A DNA stretch of 64,000 nt from Burkholderiales bacterium (GTDB lineage: Bacteria > Pseudomonadota > Gammaproteobacteria > Burkholderiales > CAIKXV01): assembly GCA_038205245.1 (NCBI GenBank), contig JBBRCD010000007.1:2037-66036 (forward strand), given 5' to 3'. Under the pieces are notes generated by a model that had not been told where the DNA came from, made no database searches, and saw nothing but the letters and a program-made list of their open reading frames with translations. Shown here in pieces: positions 43,605-53,988 of this stretch (positions are counted from its first letter, which is position 1; each line of letters opens with the position of its first letter). The position numbers and the translations under genes were made by a program.

Positions 43605-45068
43605 TCATTCCTGACCGTCCCGCGCCAGATCTTCGCGCTCTTTTACCTGCATGCGGCTGTACAGGGTGGTGCGTCGCAGCCCGAGCATGCGCGCGGCCTG
43701 CGCAAGGTTGCCATGGGTCAGAAACAGCGCCGCATCGATGTAGCTGCGTTCCAGTCCGCAAAGCATGCGATCCAGATCGACGCTGCGCACGCTGGCCAGA
43801 TGGCGGCGCGCGGCTTCCACCGAGCGCCGGTCGTCGTCGCCCGCGACGCCCGCGAAGACCGGCAAGCCCAGGCGTTCCTCGCCCGCGCCCTCGACGTCCA
43901 TCTCGGCAAGCAGCCCGGCCGCATTGACCGTCTCGCCCGGGTACTTGGTCGCCAGGCGGATGACGATGTTGCGCAGTTCGCGTACGTTGCCCGAAAAGCC
44001 GTACTCGTGCCACAGCCGTGTGCTCTCCTGGTCGAGGGTGAACGGTGCCCGCCCGGCCGAGGTGGCGTAGTGTTGCCGAAAATGGTCCAGCAGCACCTGC
44101 TTGTCCGCGTCCAGGTCGCGCAGTGGCGGCACCGTGATGGAGAACACCGACAGCCGGTGATAGAGATCGCCGCGAAAGCGTCCGGCTCTCACTTCCTGGC
44201 GCAGGTCGCGGTTGGTGGCGGCGATCACCCGGGCGTTCGAGTGCCGGGTGGCCGTTTCGCCGACCCGCTGGAACTCGCCGTCCTCCAGCACCCGCAGCAG
44301 CTTTGACTGCAACTCCAGTGGCAGTTCGCCGATCTCGTCGAGGAACAGCGTGGAATCGCTGGCGTCCTCGAAATAGCCGGCGCGCGCGCCAGTGGCGCCG
44401 GTGAAGGCGCCCCTGGAATGTCCGAACAGCGTCGGCTCTACCAGGGTCGGTGCAATAGCCGCGCAGTTCAAGGCAATCATCCGGCGGCCGGCATGACCGC
44501 TGCGGCGATGCAGCGCATGCGCGACCAGTTCCTTGCCGCTGCCCGACTCGCCCTCGATCAGCACCGGGAACGGCGCCGAGGCGTACTGCTCGATCTGCAG
44601 ACGCAGCCGCTCGATCGCCGGACTGGTGCCGATGATGGCCCGCTCCGCCCCCTCTGCCGGACGTTCGCTCTCCGCCAGCCGGGATGCCTCGGTGAGCAGC
44701 GCGCGCAGCCGGTCCGGCGGGCAGGGCTTGGCGACGAACTCCATCGCACCGATGGCGCGTGCATGTCGCGCATTGGCCTGATCGTTCTGCCCGGACAGCA
44801 CGATGATCTTCATCTCTGGCGAGGCGGCCAGCAGTTCGCCGATCAACCGGAAACCCTCGTCCGGCCGGTGCGGCGAGGGCGGCAGGCCGAGATCGATCAG
44901 CGCCAGCCGGGGCGTGCGATCGATCTGCCGCAGCAGGCTGTGCACCTGGGCGCGCGAAGCGGCGACCAGCACCTCGTACTCCCCGCCGAGCGTGAAGTCG
45001 AGCGTGTCGGTGATCAGCGGATCATCATCGACAATCAGCAGGTCGGGCTTGCGGGTGGCTTGGGCCAT
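43605..45068 (-). CDS. sigma54-dependent response regulator (NtrC family, PrsR-like receiver)
   Basis: 487 aa. Receiver with [13 protein letters not shown]+ core GESGSGKE, the GAFTGA loop (RGAFTGATG), and a C-terminal Fis-type HTH ([21 protein letters not shown]). Confidence 0.92.
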   Translation of the reverse strand: MAQATRKPDLLIVDDDPLITDTLDFTLGGEYEVLVAASRAQVHSLLRQIDRTPRLALIDLGLPPSPHRPDEGFRLIGELLAASPEMKIIVLSGQNDQANARHARAIGAMEFVAKPCPPDRLRALLTEASRLAESERPAEGAERAIIGTSPAIERLRLQIEQYASAPFPVLIEGESGSGKELVAHALHRRSGHAGRRMIALNCAAIAPTLVEPTLFGHSRGAFTGATGARAGYFEDASDSTLFLDEIGELPLELQSKLLRVLEDGEFQRVGETATRHSNARVIAATNRDLRQEVRAGRFRGDLYHRLSVFSITVPPLRDLDADKQVLLDHFRQHYATSAGRAPFTLDQESTRLWHEYGFSGNVRELRNIVIRLATKYPGETVNAAGLLAEMDVEGAGEERLGLPVFAGVAGDDDRRSVEAARRHLASVRSVDLDRMLCGLERSYIDAALFLTHGNLAQAARMLGLRRTTLYSRMQVKEREDLARDGQE

Positions 45069-45145
45069 GGTCTATGAGGTGGGCGGGGAGGTTGCACGGA
45101 GAGCACGGGGAGCACGGGGAGGTGGCAGTGTGAGCAGGACCTGAG

Positions 45146-45196
45146 GCAGCACAGGAACTCGGGCAGCACAGGAACTCGGGCAGCACAGGAACTTGC
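45146..45196. repeat. 17-bp tandem repeat GCAGCACAGGAACT(C/T)G(G/C) x3
   Basis: Read directly, 78-128 nt upstream of the response-regulator ATG. A second short duplication (GAGCACGGGGA then GCACGGGGA, the second copy lacking the leading GA) lies at 45101-45120. Confidence 0.95.
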
Positions 45197-45267
45197 GCAG
45201 GACCGGGGCACCGGCAGCAACGGCGGCAGAGCAGCCAGGCTGCCGGTCCAAGCAAGCCGCTATCGTC

Positions 45268-46014
45268 TCACGCGCCCGTCTGCGCGATGCAGTGAAGAAA
45301 CGCTGTTTCCAGCGTGCTTTCCGGGTGGCGCTCGATCAGCGCCCGAGGCGTGCCGATGAAGATCACGCGTCCACCGTCGATCACCGCCAGCCGGTCGCAA
45401 AGTGCCACGACGTCCTCCAGCGCGTGCGAGCTGAACAGCAGGGTACGACCGTCCCTGCGCAGCTGCTGCAGCGCCTGGCGCACCTGCGCGCGGGCGCGCG
45501 GGTCGAGCCCGCTCATCGGCTCGTCCAGCACCGTCAACGGCCGCCCGGCGAGCAGGCAGGCGGCGAGCCCGAGTTTCTGGGTCATCCCCTTGCTGTAAGT
45601 GCGTGCGGCCCGGTGCAATGCCGCGGGGTCGAAGTCCAGGCTTTTCAGGCAGGCGATCGCTGCTGCGTCGTCATGCCGGCTGCCGCGCAGCGCGCTCTGA
45701 TAGCGCAGATAGTCGCGTCCGGTCAGGTAGTGCGGTGGGCTGAACCGCTCCGGCAGCCAGGCCAGCCTGCTGCGGGCGGCGGCATCGGTGCTGGGAATGC
45801 CGTAGACATGGATGGAACCGGTGTCGGCGCGGCAATAATCGAGCAAGCACCGCAGCAGCGTCGTCTTGCCCGCGCCGTTCACCCCGATCAAGGCGAAGCT
45901 CTCGCCAGCAGGCACGGACAGGCTGACCTGCTGTGCTGCGCGCTGCGCGCCGTAGTGCCGGGTCACGTCCGAGTACTCGACAGCGGCGGGTGTCTGCATG
46001 GTGTGAACATACAT
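45268..46014 (-). CDS. orphan ABC transporter ATP-binding protein (ABC-2/CcmA-NosF-like subtype)
   Basis: 248 aa. GVNGAGKTT, signature YSKGMTQKL, Walker B LTVLDEP. No adjacent permease gene. Alternative ATG at 45999. Confidence 0.88.
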   Translation of the reverse strand: MYVHTMQTPAAVEYSDVTRHYGAQRAAQQVSLSVPAGESFALIGVNGAGKTTLLRCLLDYCRADTGSIHVYGIPSTDAAARSRLAWLPERFSPPHYLTGRDYLRYQSALRGSRHDDAAAIACLKSLDFDPAALHRAARTYSKGMTQKLGLAACLLAGRPLTVLDEPMSGLDPRARAQVRQALQQLRRDGRTLLFSSHALEDVVALCDRLAVIDGGRVIFIGTPRALIERHPESTLETAFLHCIAQTGA

Positions 46015-46054
46015 TGTCCGGGGTAGAATCGCGCTTTAAACTTCCAGATCACGC

Positions 46055-46867
46055 GTGCCTTCGGACAACTTCGTTGAAATCTCCGGCCTTCAGTTCGGAT
46101 ACGGCGCTCGGAAGATCCTGAAAGGTCTCGATCTGCGGGTGCCGCGCGGCAAGGTGATTTCCATCATGGGCGGCAGCGGCTGCGGCAAGACCACGGTGCT
46201 TCGTCTCATCGGCGGCGCGCTGCGTCCCGTTTCCGGCACTCTGACGGTGGACGGCGTCTCGGTGCCCGGTCTGGACCGAGCCGGGCTGTATGCGCTGCGC
46301 CGGAAAATGGGGATGCTGTTCCAGCTTGGCGCGCTGTTCACCGACCTTTCGGTGTTCGACAACGTAGCTTTCCCGATGCGCGAGCGCACCAGCCTGCCCG
46401 AGCCGATCGTGCGCGATCTGGTGCTGATGAAGCTGCAGGCGGTCGGTCTTCGCGGTGCGGCGAAGCTGATGCCCAATGAGCTGTCCGGCGGCATGGCGCG
46501 CCGCGTCGCGCTGGCGCGAGCGGTCGCGCTGGACCCGGATCTGGTGATGTACGACGAGCCATTCACCGGTCTGGACCCGATTTCGCTCGGCGTGATCAGC
46601 AACCTGATCCGCACACTGAACGATGCGCTTGGCGCGACCTCGATCGTGGTCACGCACGACGTGCGCGAGTCGATGAAGATTCTCGACTACTGTTACCTGA
46701 TGGCCGAAGGCAAAATCGTTGCCGAGGGCACGCCGGACGAGATGCTCGCCTCGCAGATCCCCTACGCCCGCCAGTTCTTTCATGGCGAGATGGACGGGGC
46801 CGTGCCCTTTCACTATCCGAACACCGACTACGCTGAACAACTCGGGTTGGGCCGGCATGTTGGATAG
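46055..46867 (+). CDS. mlaF: phospholipid ABC transporter ATP-binding protein MlaF
   Basis: 270 aa, GTG start. GGSGCGKTT, LSGGMARRVALARA. First gene of a mlaFEDCB-ordered set. Confidence 0.9.
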   Translation: MPSDNFVEISGLQFGYGARKILKGLDLRVPRGKVISIMGGSGCGKTTVLRLIGGALRPVSGTLTVDGVSVPGLDRAGLYALRRKMGMLFQLGALFTDLSVFDNVAFPMRERTSLPEPIVRDLVLMKLQAVGLRGAAKLMPNELSGGMARRVALARAVALDPDLVMYDEPFTGLDPISLGVISNLIRTLNDALGATSIVVTHDVRESMKILDYCYLMAEGKIVAEGTPDEMLASQIPYARQFFHGEMDGAVPFHYPNTDYAEQLGLGRHVG

Positions 46868-47651
46868 AGAGTGGTTGTCGATTCGCGGGATCGGCCGCCG
46901 TGTGGTGGACGCGCTTTTCCGGATGGGCTATGCGGCGCGCTTTCTCGGATTGACGCTGACCCACTCGCAGGTCTGCCTGCGCCGCCCCAGGCTGGTGATA
47001 CGCGAGGTGTATTACTCCGGCGTGCTGTCGCTGGTGATCATCCTGGTGTCCGGCCTCTTCGTCGGCATGGTGCTCGGGCTGCAGGGGTATCAGACCCTGA
47101 AGACCTACGGGTCGGAGTCGGCACTTGGCACACTGGTCGCGCTGTCGCTGCTGCGCGAACTCGGCCCGGTGATCACCGCTTTGCTGTTTGCCAGCCGCGC
47201 CGGGTCTGCGGTGACCGCCGAAGTCGGGTTGATGAAGGCCACCGAGCAGCTGCGCGCCATGGAGATGATGGCCGTCGACCCGATCGCGCGGGTCATCGCG
47301 CCGCGCTTCTGGGCCGGCGTGATCTCGGTGCCTCTGCTTACCGCCATGTTCTCGGCAATGGGAATCTACGGCGGCTACCTGGTCGGCGTCGTGCTTCTGG
47401 GCGTCGACGAGGGATCTTTCTGGTCCCAGATGCAGGGGTCGGTCGATTTTCGCGAAGACGTGGTCAACGGACTATTGAAGAGCCTGGCGTTCGGCTTTGC
47501 GATCTCCTGGATCGCCGTGTTCGAAGGGTATGATGCGCCCCCCACTGCTGAAGGGGTGTCAGGCGCGACTACCCGCACTGTGGTGACCTCTGCACTCACC
47601 ATCCTGTTTCTCGATTACATCCTTACTTCGCTCATGTTCCGGGGGGTCTGA
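46857..47651 (+). CDS. mlaE: phospholipid ABC transporter permease MlaE
   Basis: 264 aa from ATG 46857. MlaE-like TM pattern and motifs (LRELGPVITALLFASRAGSAVTAEVGLMK). Confidence 0.9.
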   Translation: MLDREWLSIRGIGRRVVDALFRMGYAARFLGLTLTHSQVCLRRPRLVIREVYYSGVLSLVIILVSGLFVGMVLGLQGYQTLKTYGSESALGTLVALSLLRELGPVITALLFASRAGSAVTAEVGLMKATEQLRAMEMMAVDPIARVIAPRFWAGVISVPLLTAMFSAMGIYGGYLVGVVLLGVDEGSFWSQMQGSVDFREDVVNGLLKSLAFGFAISWIAVFEGYDAPPTAEGVSGATTRTVVTSALTILFLDYILTSLMFRGV

Positions 47652-48124
47652 TGGAACGCTCTTCGCTCGACGTCTGGGTCGGCATCTTCGTGGTTGGCGG
47701 CATAGGCGCGCTGCTGATTCTGGCGCTCAAGGTGGGCAATGCGGGGGAACTGGTAAACGCCGGACCGACCTACACGCTCACCGGGCGATTCGAGAATATC
47801 GGCGGCCTCAAGCCCAAGGCCGCAGTCAGAAGCGCCGGGGTGGTGGTCGGTCGGGTGCACAGCATCGACTATGACCCGGAGGCCTACGAAGCCGTGGTTA
47901 CTTTCAAGATCGACCGGCGTTTCAACAAGTTTCCGCGGGATACCTTTGCCAGCATCTACACTGCCGGCCTTCTGGGTGAGCAATATGTCGGCCTCGCTCC
48001 AGGCGGCGACGAGAAGCTGCTGGCAGATGGGGACCGGATCACCAAGACCCAGAAGGCGGTCGTGCTGGAAGATCTGATCGGACAATTTCTCACCAGCCGG
48101 GCCGGCGAGCCGGCAGCGAAGTGA
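47651..48124 (+). CDS. mlaD: MCE-domain protein MlaD
   Basis: 157 aa. N-terminal anchor plus MCE domain (GGLKPKAAVRSAGVVVGRV). Confidence 0.9.
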   Translation: MERSSLDVWVGIFVVGGIGALLILALKVGNAGELVNAGPTYTLTGRFENIGGLKPKAAVRSAGVVVGRVHSIDYDPEAYEAVVTFKIDRRFNKFPRDTFASIYTAGLLGEQYVGLAPGGDEKLLADGDRITKTQKAVVLEDLIGQFLTSRAGEPAAK

Positions 48125-48237
48125 TCGCCGCCAGTGCTGTCGTTGAAAACCGGCAGTGTCCGGTAGCGGGTTCCAACGATTTCCCGCAACGTTTCGGGGC
48201 GGCCGCAAAATGCCGCCATGGTTGTCCCTCTTTTGTC

Positions 48238-48945
48238 ATGAGCGCCTCAATGAACGAACGACAGACTTTGTTTCCGCTGCCGCGAGCTGTTGCCTCGTGG
48301 CGTCGCTGTGGCCCGGTCGCCGGCCTGCTTTTCGCCCTCGCTCTGGTCGCGCCGCTGGCTGGCCTCGCCGCGACTGCGGTAGCCGCGGACATACCGCCAG
48401 ACCAGCTGGTGCGGACCACGATTGACCGAGTGGTCGAGATCATCAAGGCCGACAAGGCGATTCAGGCCGGAGACATGAAGCGCATCCTCGAGGTCGCTGA
48501 AGCCAACGCGGCGCAGCACTTCGACTTTCAGCGCATGACCCGGCTGGCGTTGGGTGCCAACTGGAAGCTGACGACTGCCGCCCAGCAGGATGAACTGGTG
48601 CGCGAGTTTCGCGCGCTGCTGCTGCGCACCTATGCGGTGGCACTCAAGGAGTACCGCAACCAGACGATCATGGTCAGGCCGACCAAGCTCGCGCCGGGCG
48701 ATACCGAGACCATGGTCAGGGCCGTGGTCAACCAGCCGGGCGCGAAGGCGATCTCGATCGACTACGACATGGAGCGCACGCCAAAGGGCTGGAAGGTCTA
48801 CGACGTGACCGTGGCCGGGGTGAGTCTGGTGATCAACTTCCGTTCCAGCTTCGATAGCGAGATCCGCAAGAGCGGCGTCGACGGACTGATCAAATCGATG
48901 GCGGAACGCAACCGCAGTGCCGCGGCAGGCGAAGCCCGGAAATGA
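48238..48945 (+). CDS. mlaC: periplasmic phospholipid-binding protein MlaC
   Basis: 235 aa from ATG 48238. Signal peptide, then a Ttg2D/MlaC-like sequence (FDFQRMTRLALGANW...WKVYDVTVAGVSLV). Confidence 0.88.
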   Translation: MSASMNERQTLFPLPRAVASWRRCGPVAGLLFALALVAPLAGLAATAVAADIPPDQLVRTTIDRVVEIIKADKAIQAGDMKRILEVAEANAAQHFDFQRMTRLALGANWKLTTAAQQDELVREFRALLLRTYAVALKEYRNQTIMVRPTKLAPGDTETMVRAVVNQPGAKAISIDYDMERTPKGWKVYDVTVAGVSLVINFRSSFDSEIRKSGVDGLIKSMAERNRSAAAGEARK

Positions 48946-49271
48946 GCGGCAGCAATACCCTGGTGACGGTAGACAGCGGGGGATTCCGGGTGGACGGCCC
49001 GATCACCATAGAACTGGCTCCCGTTGTCGTCGAGACTGGTGGCGCGCTGCTTGCCGCTGCCTGCGCTGGCCACCCCGATGCGCCCCTTAGCATTGATCTG
49101 TCCGGTCTGACCGAGTTCGACTCGGCAGCGCTCGGGGTGTTGTTCGAGTGGCAACGACGGGTGGTCGCCCTTGGCGGTCAGCTGCACTTTGCCAACCTGC
49201 CGGCAAAGCTGCGGACGCTGGCTGGTCTCTACGGCGTAGAGGCGCTGCTGGTACCCACGCCAGGTGCATGA
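48942..49271 (+). CDS. mlaB: STAS-domain protein MlaB
   Basis: 109 aa. STAS-like (IDLSGLTEFDSAALGVLFEW). ATGA overlap with mlaC. Confidence 0.8.
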   Translation: MSGSNTLVTVDSGGFRVDGPITIELAPVVVETGGALLAAACAGHPDAPLSIDLSGLTEFDSAALGVLFEWQRRVVALGGQLHFANLPAKLRTLAGLYGVEALLVPTPGA

Positions 49272-49304
49272 TCGATTGCGGTCGGAATTGATGCAGCGAC
49301 GCAG

Positions 49305-50210
49305 ATGACCGCGGCAATCTCGATCGAGCGGTTGTCCAAGCGCTACGGAGACCTGCTTGCGCTCGATGAGGTGGACCTCACGGTGGAACGCGGTGAATTC
49401 TTCGGCCTGCTCGGACCGAACGGGGCCGGCAAAACCACACTGATCAGCATTCTCGCCGGATTGACCCGGGCCAGCGGAGGGCGCGCCTCGGTGATGGGCC
49501 ATGATGTCGTCACCGATTACCGTGACGCCCGGCGCGAGCTCGGCGTGGTGCCCCAGGAACTGGTGTTCGACCCGTTCTTCTCGGTGCGCGAGACGTTGCG
49601 CATGCAGTCGGGTTACTTCGGTCTGCGCCGCAACGACGACTGGATCGATGAACTGCTTGCCAGCCTCGACCTGTCGGGCAAGGCCGACACCAACATGCGA
49701 GCGCTCTCCGGGGGCATGAAGCGGCGCGTCCTGGTCGCGCAGGCGCTGGTGCACAAGCCGCCGGTCGTGGTGCTGGACGAGCCTACGGCCGGCGTCGATG
49801 TCGCTCTGCGCCAGGGGTTGTGGGCATTCATCGGGCGGCTGAACCGCGCCGGGCATACCATCGTACTGACCACCCACTACCTGGAAGAGGCCGAAGCCCT
49901 GTGCAACCGGATCGCGATGCTCAAGCAGGGCCGGGTTGTTGCGCTGGATACCACCGCAAACCTGCTGCGTGCGGCACGGCAAGGGCACAAGACGGTGCGG
50001 CTGCGGCTTGCCTCACCGACGCTGCCGGCGGCAATCGCGGCGCGCGCACATACGCGCGAGGCCGATCTGGTGTCGATCGTGCTGGACGACTATGCGGATC
50101 TGGAGCAATTGCTGGCCGAAGTGCGCTTGGCGGGCGACTCGATTCTCGAACTCGACGTAGTGCAACCGGACCTTCAGGATGTCTTCCTGAACGTGATGAA
50201 GCGGCACTGA
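49305..50210 (+). CDS. ABC-2-type exporter ATP-binding protein (YadG-like)
   Basis: 301 aa. [30 protein letters not shown]. Confidence 0.88.
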   Translation: MTAAISIERLSKRYGDLLALDEVDLTVERGEFFGLLGPNGAGKTTLISILAGLTRASGGRASVMGHDVVTDYRDARRELGVVPQELVFDPFFSVRETLRMQSGYFGLRRNDDWIDELLASLDLSGKADTNMRALSGGMKRRVLVAQALVHKPPVVVLDEPTAGVDVALRQGLWAFIGRLNRAGHTIVLTTHYLEEAEALCNRIAMLKQGRVVALDTTANLLRAARQGHKTVRLRLASPTLPAAIAARAHTREADLVSIVLDDYADLEQLLAEVRLAGDSILELDVVQPDLQDVFLNVMKRH

Positions 50211-50274
50211 TTGCAGTGATTCCCGTGGTCGCGGGTGCGCCTCTGCCCGCGCCCGCGCCCCGCGCTGCTGCGCG

Positions 50275-51504
50275 ATGAGTGCGCAGCGCTCGACTCGCGT
50301 CGTGGTGGCGGCCCTGGGTACGACCCAGACCATCGCCTGGGCCTCCAGTCACTACCTTCCGGCGGTGCTGGCAGTCCCGATCGCCAGTGATCTGGGCATC
50401 GGCACCAGCGTGGTGTTTGCCGCCTTTTCGTTGGCGCTGCTGGTCTCGGGTGCGCTCGGCCCGATGGTCGGCCGGATGGTCGACCGTCGCGGCGGACGAG
50501 ACGTGCTGGTTGCCTCCAACCTGATTCTCGCGGCCGGACTGCTGCTGCTTGGCGCAGCCCAGGGTGTGTTCACCCTGTTTGCCGCCTGGCTGCTGATCGG
50601 CGTGGGGATTGCAGCCGGATTGTATGACGCCGCGTTCGCTACGCTGGTGGGCATCTATCGCGAACGCTCGCGCAGCGCGATTACCGGCATCACCCTGATC
50701 GCCGGCTTCGCCAGCACGGTTGGCTGGCCGGTGAGTGCGCTGATCGAGGGCAATCTGGGCTGGCGCGCGGTATGTGTGTTCTGGGCGCTGATGCACTTGC
50801 TGGTCTGCCTGCCTGCCAACCGCTGGTTGTTGCCGGGCCTGGCCACTGATCGGCCCGAGCCGGTGCCGTTGGCCGCCGCCAGCACCGGGGTGGCGCAACA
50901 CGCCGCAGCGGCGGGTGCTCGCACCGCCGCCGTGGCCCGCCACCGTCGCCAGACCGTGTTGCTGCTTGGTTTCGTGTTTGCTGCCTCCGGTTTCGTTGCC
51001 GGCGCGATGGCGACGCAGTCGTTGCGGTTGCTCGAAGTGATGGGCGCCACCCCGGCTGCCGCGATCGTTGCCGGCATGCTGATCGGTCCGGCGCAGGTGG
51101 CGGCGCGGCTGCTCGAGTTCTGGATCGCCAGGCGGGTGACTCCACTTGCCAGTGCGCGGGTCGCGCTCGCGCTGCACCCGGTCGGGGCGGTCGGACTGCT
51201 GGCGTTCGGCGCCCCGGCAGCGATGCCGTTCGCGATGTTGCACGGGGCGAGCAACGGGTTGGTCACCATTGCGCGTGGCACGTTGCCGCTGTGGCTGTTC
51301 GGGCCGATCGGCTACGGCGCGCTGCTCGGACGCATCGGCGGATTCGCCCGTGTGGTGCAGGCGATCGCCCCGTTCGCTTTCGGCCTGGCGATCGACGCCT
51401 TTGGCGGGGCAGCCGCGGCCATCACCGCCGGTCTGATGAGTGCGGCGGTGATCGCGCTGCTGGCGATCCGCCGGCTGCCGGACGAAGCCGAGGCGCCCCG
51501 GTGA
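50275..51504 (+). CDS. MFS transporter
   Basis: 409 aa, about 12 TM segments. MFS loop motif GPMVGRMVDRRGGR between TM2 and TM3. Confidence 0.85.
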   Translation: MSAQRSTRVVVAALGTTQTIAWASSHYLPAVLAVPIASDLGIGTSVVFAAFSLALLVSGALGPMVGRMVDRRGGRDVLVASNLILAAGLLLLGAAQGVFTLFAAWLLIGVGIAAGLYDAAFATLVGIYRERSRSAITGITLIAGFASTVGWPVSALIEGNLGWRAVCVFWALMHLLVCLPANRWLLPGLATDRPEPVPLAAASTGVAQHAAAAGARTAAVARHRRQTVLLLGFVFAASGFVAGAMATQSLRLLEVMGATPAAAIVAGMLIGPAQVAARLLEFWIARRVTPLASARVALALHPVGAVGLLAFGAPAAMPFAMLHGASNGLVTIARGTLPLWLFGPIGYGALLGRIGGFARVVQAIAPFAFGLAIDAFGGAAAAITAGLMSAAVIALLAIRRLPDEAEAPR

Positions 51505-51589
51505 TCGGCTGCATCCTGATCTGGGGCTGCCTGCCCCATGGCGTGCGCCACGCAGCGGCCGGAGTGGACGGGCCCGGCGTGTAGAATCC

Positions 51590-52423
51590 ATGTCCCCCGC
51601 TTTATCGCTTGACCGCCGCCCAGTGTCAGAACGCCTTCTCCCGATTGCCCTGCCCGCGGCTGTGCGCCACGGGGGCTTCCTCACCCTGCTGCACAAGGAG
51701 ACGCTGCGCTTCTGGAAGGTGAGCATGCAGACCGTGCTCGCTCCGGTGGTCACCACCGTGCTGTACCTGATGATCTTCGCCCATGTGCTTTCGAAACATG
51801 TCGATGTGTTCCCCGGGGTGGGCTACAGTGCCTTCCTGGTGCCCGGGCTGGCGATGATGGCAACGCTGCAGAACGCATTCGCCAACACGTCGTCCTCGCT
51901 GATCCAGTCGAAGATGACCGGCAACCTGGTGTTCATCCTGCTGCCACCGTTGTCGCCGGCCGAGATCGTCGGGGCCTATGTCCTGGCAGCGATGCTGCGC
52001 GGCCTGCTTTGCGGTGCCGCGGTATTGGCAATCGGGGTCTGGTTCGCACCTATGCAGTTCGCGCACCCGGTGGCGATCGTCGCCTTCGCGCTGGTCGGTG
52101 CGGCCACGCTCGGTGCGCTCGGCCTGATCGCCGGCATCTATTCGGACAAGGTCGACCAGCTGTCGGCGTTCCAGCATTTCGTGGTGGTGCCGCTCACCTT
52201 TCTGGCCGGGGTGTTCTATTCGGTACACACACTGCCGTCGTTCTGGCAGGTGGCCTCGCATCTGAATCCGGTGTTCTACATGGTGGATGGATTCCGCTGG
52301 GGCTTCTTCGGTGCGGCCGATGTGTCGCCCTGGATGTCCTTCGCCGTAGTGCTTGGGTGTCTGGCGCTGGTATGCGCCTGGGCGATACTGCTGGTGAAAA
52401 GCGGCTACAAGCTGCGTCATTGA
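51590..52423 (+). CDS. ABC-2-type exporter permease (YadH-like)
   Basis: Six TM segments, ABC-2 family (ETLRFWKVSMQTVLAPVVTTVLYLMIF). The in-frame GTG at 51662 would give a more typical length. Start uncertain. Confidence 0.85.
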   Translation: MSPALSLDRRPVSERLLPIALPAAVRHGGFLTLLHKETLRFWKVSMQTVLAPVVTTVLYLMIFAHVLSKHVDVFPGVGYSAFLVPGLAMMATLQNAFANTSSSLIQSKMTGNLVFILLPPLSPAEIVGAYVLAAMLRGLLCGAAVLAIGVWFAPMQFAHPVAIVAFALVGAATLGALGLIAGIYSDKVDQLSAFQHFVVVPLTFLAGVFYSVHTLPSFWQVASHLNPVFYMVDGFRWGFFGAADVSPWMSFAVVLGCLALVCAWAILLVKSGYKLRH

Positions 52424-52481
52424 ATCAACGTGCGTGAACGTTGCTTCAAGGTTACTTCAGCGTTGCTTCAGCGCTGGTTGA

Positions 52482-53783
<1,302 letters not shown>

Positions 53784-53847
53784 CTGCAGCAGCGGTGTCT
53801 GTCACGGGGATTGGGTTGCACGGCGCCCAGAGCGCAAGAAACGCGCG

Positions 53848-53910
53848 GCAAATGCATGACAAATGCATGGCGAACGCATGGGATACGCATGGGACACGCG
53901 GGGTCCACGC
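53848..53910. repeat. degenerate 12-bp tandem repeat with GCATGG core, about 5 units
   Basis: AAATGCATGAC / AAATGCATGGCG / AACGCATGGGAT / ACGCATGGGAC / ACGCGGGGTCC in the murA-hisG gap. Confidence 0.8.
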
Positions 53911-53988
53911 GTTTAACTTGTGCCAATCTTTGTACACTAGCGAGCTTTGCCGGAGGTCTGTGCTCCGGCCGCCAGGACACCAGGTCGA

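Noticed and set aside
53784-53988. Histidine attenuator leader peptide upstream of hisG.
   Set aside because: There is no short ORF with consecutive His codons and no terminator/antiterminator pair in the gap.
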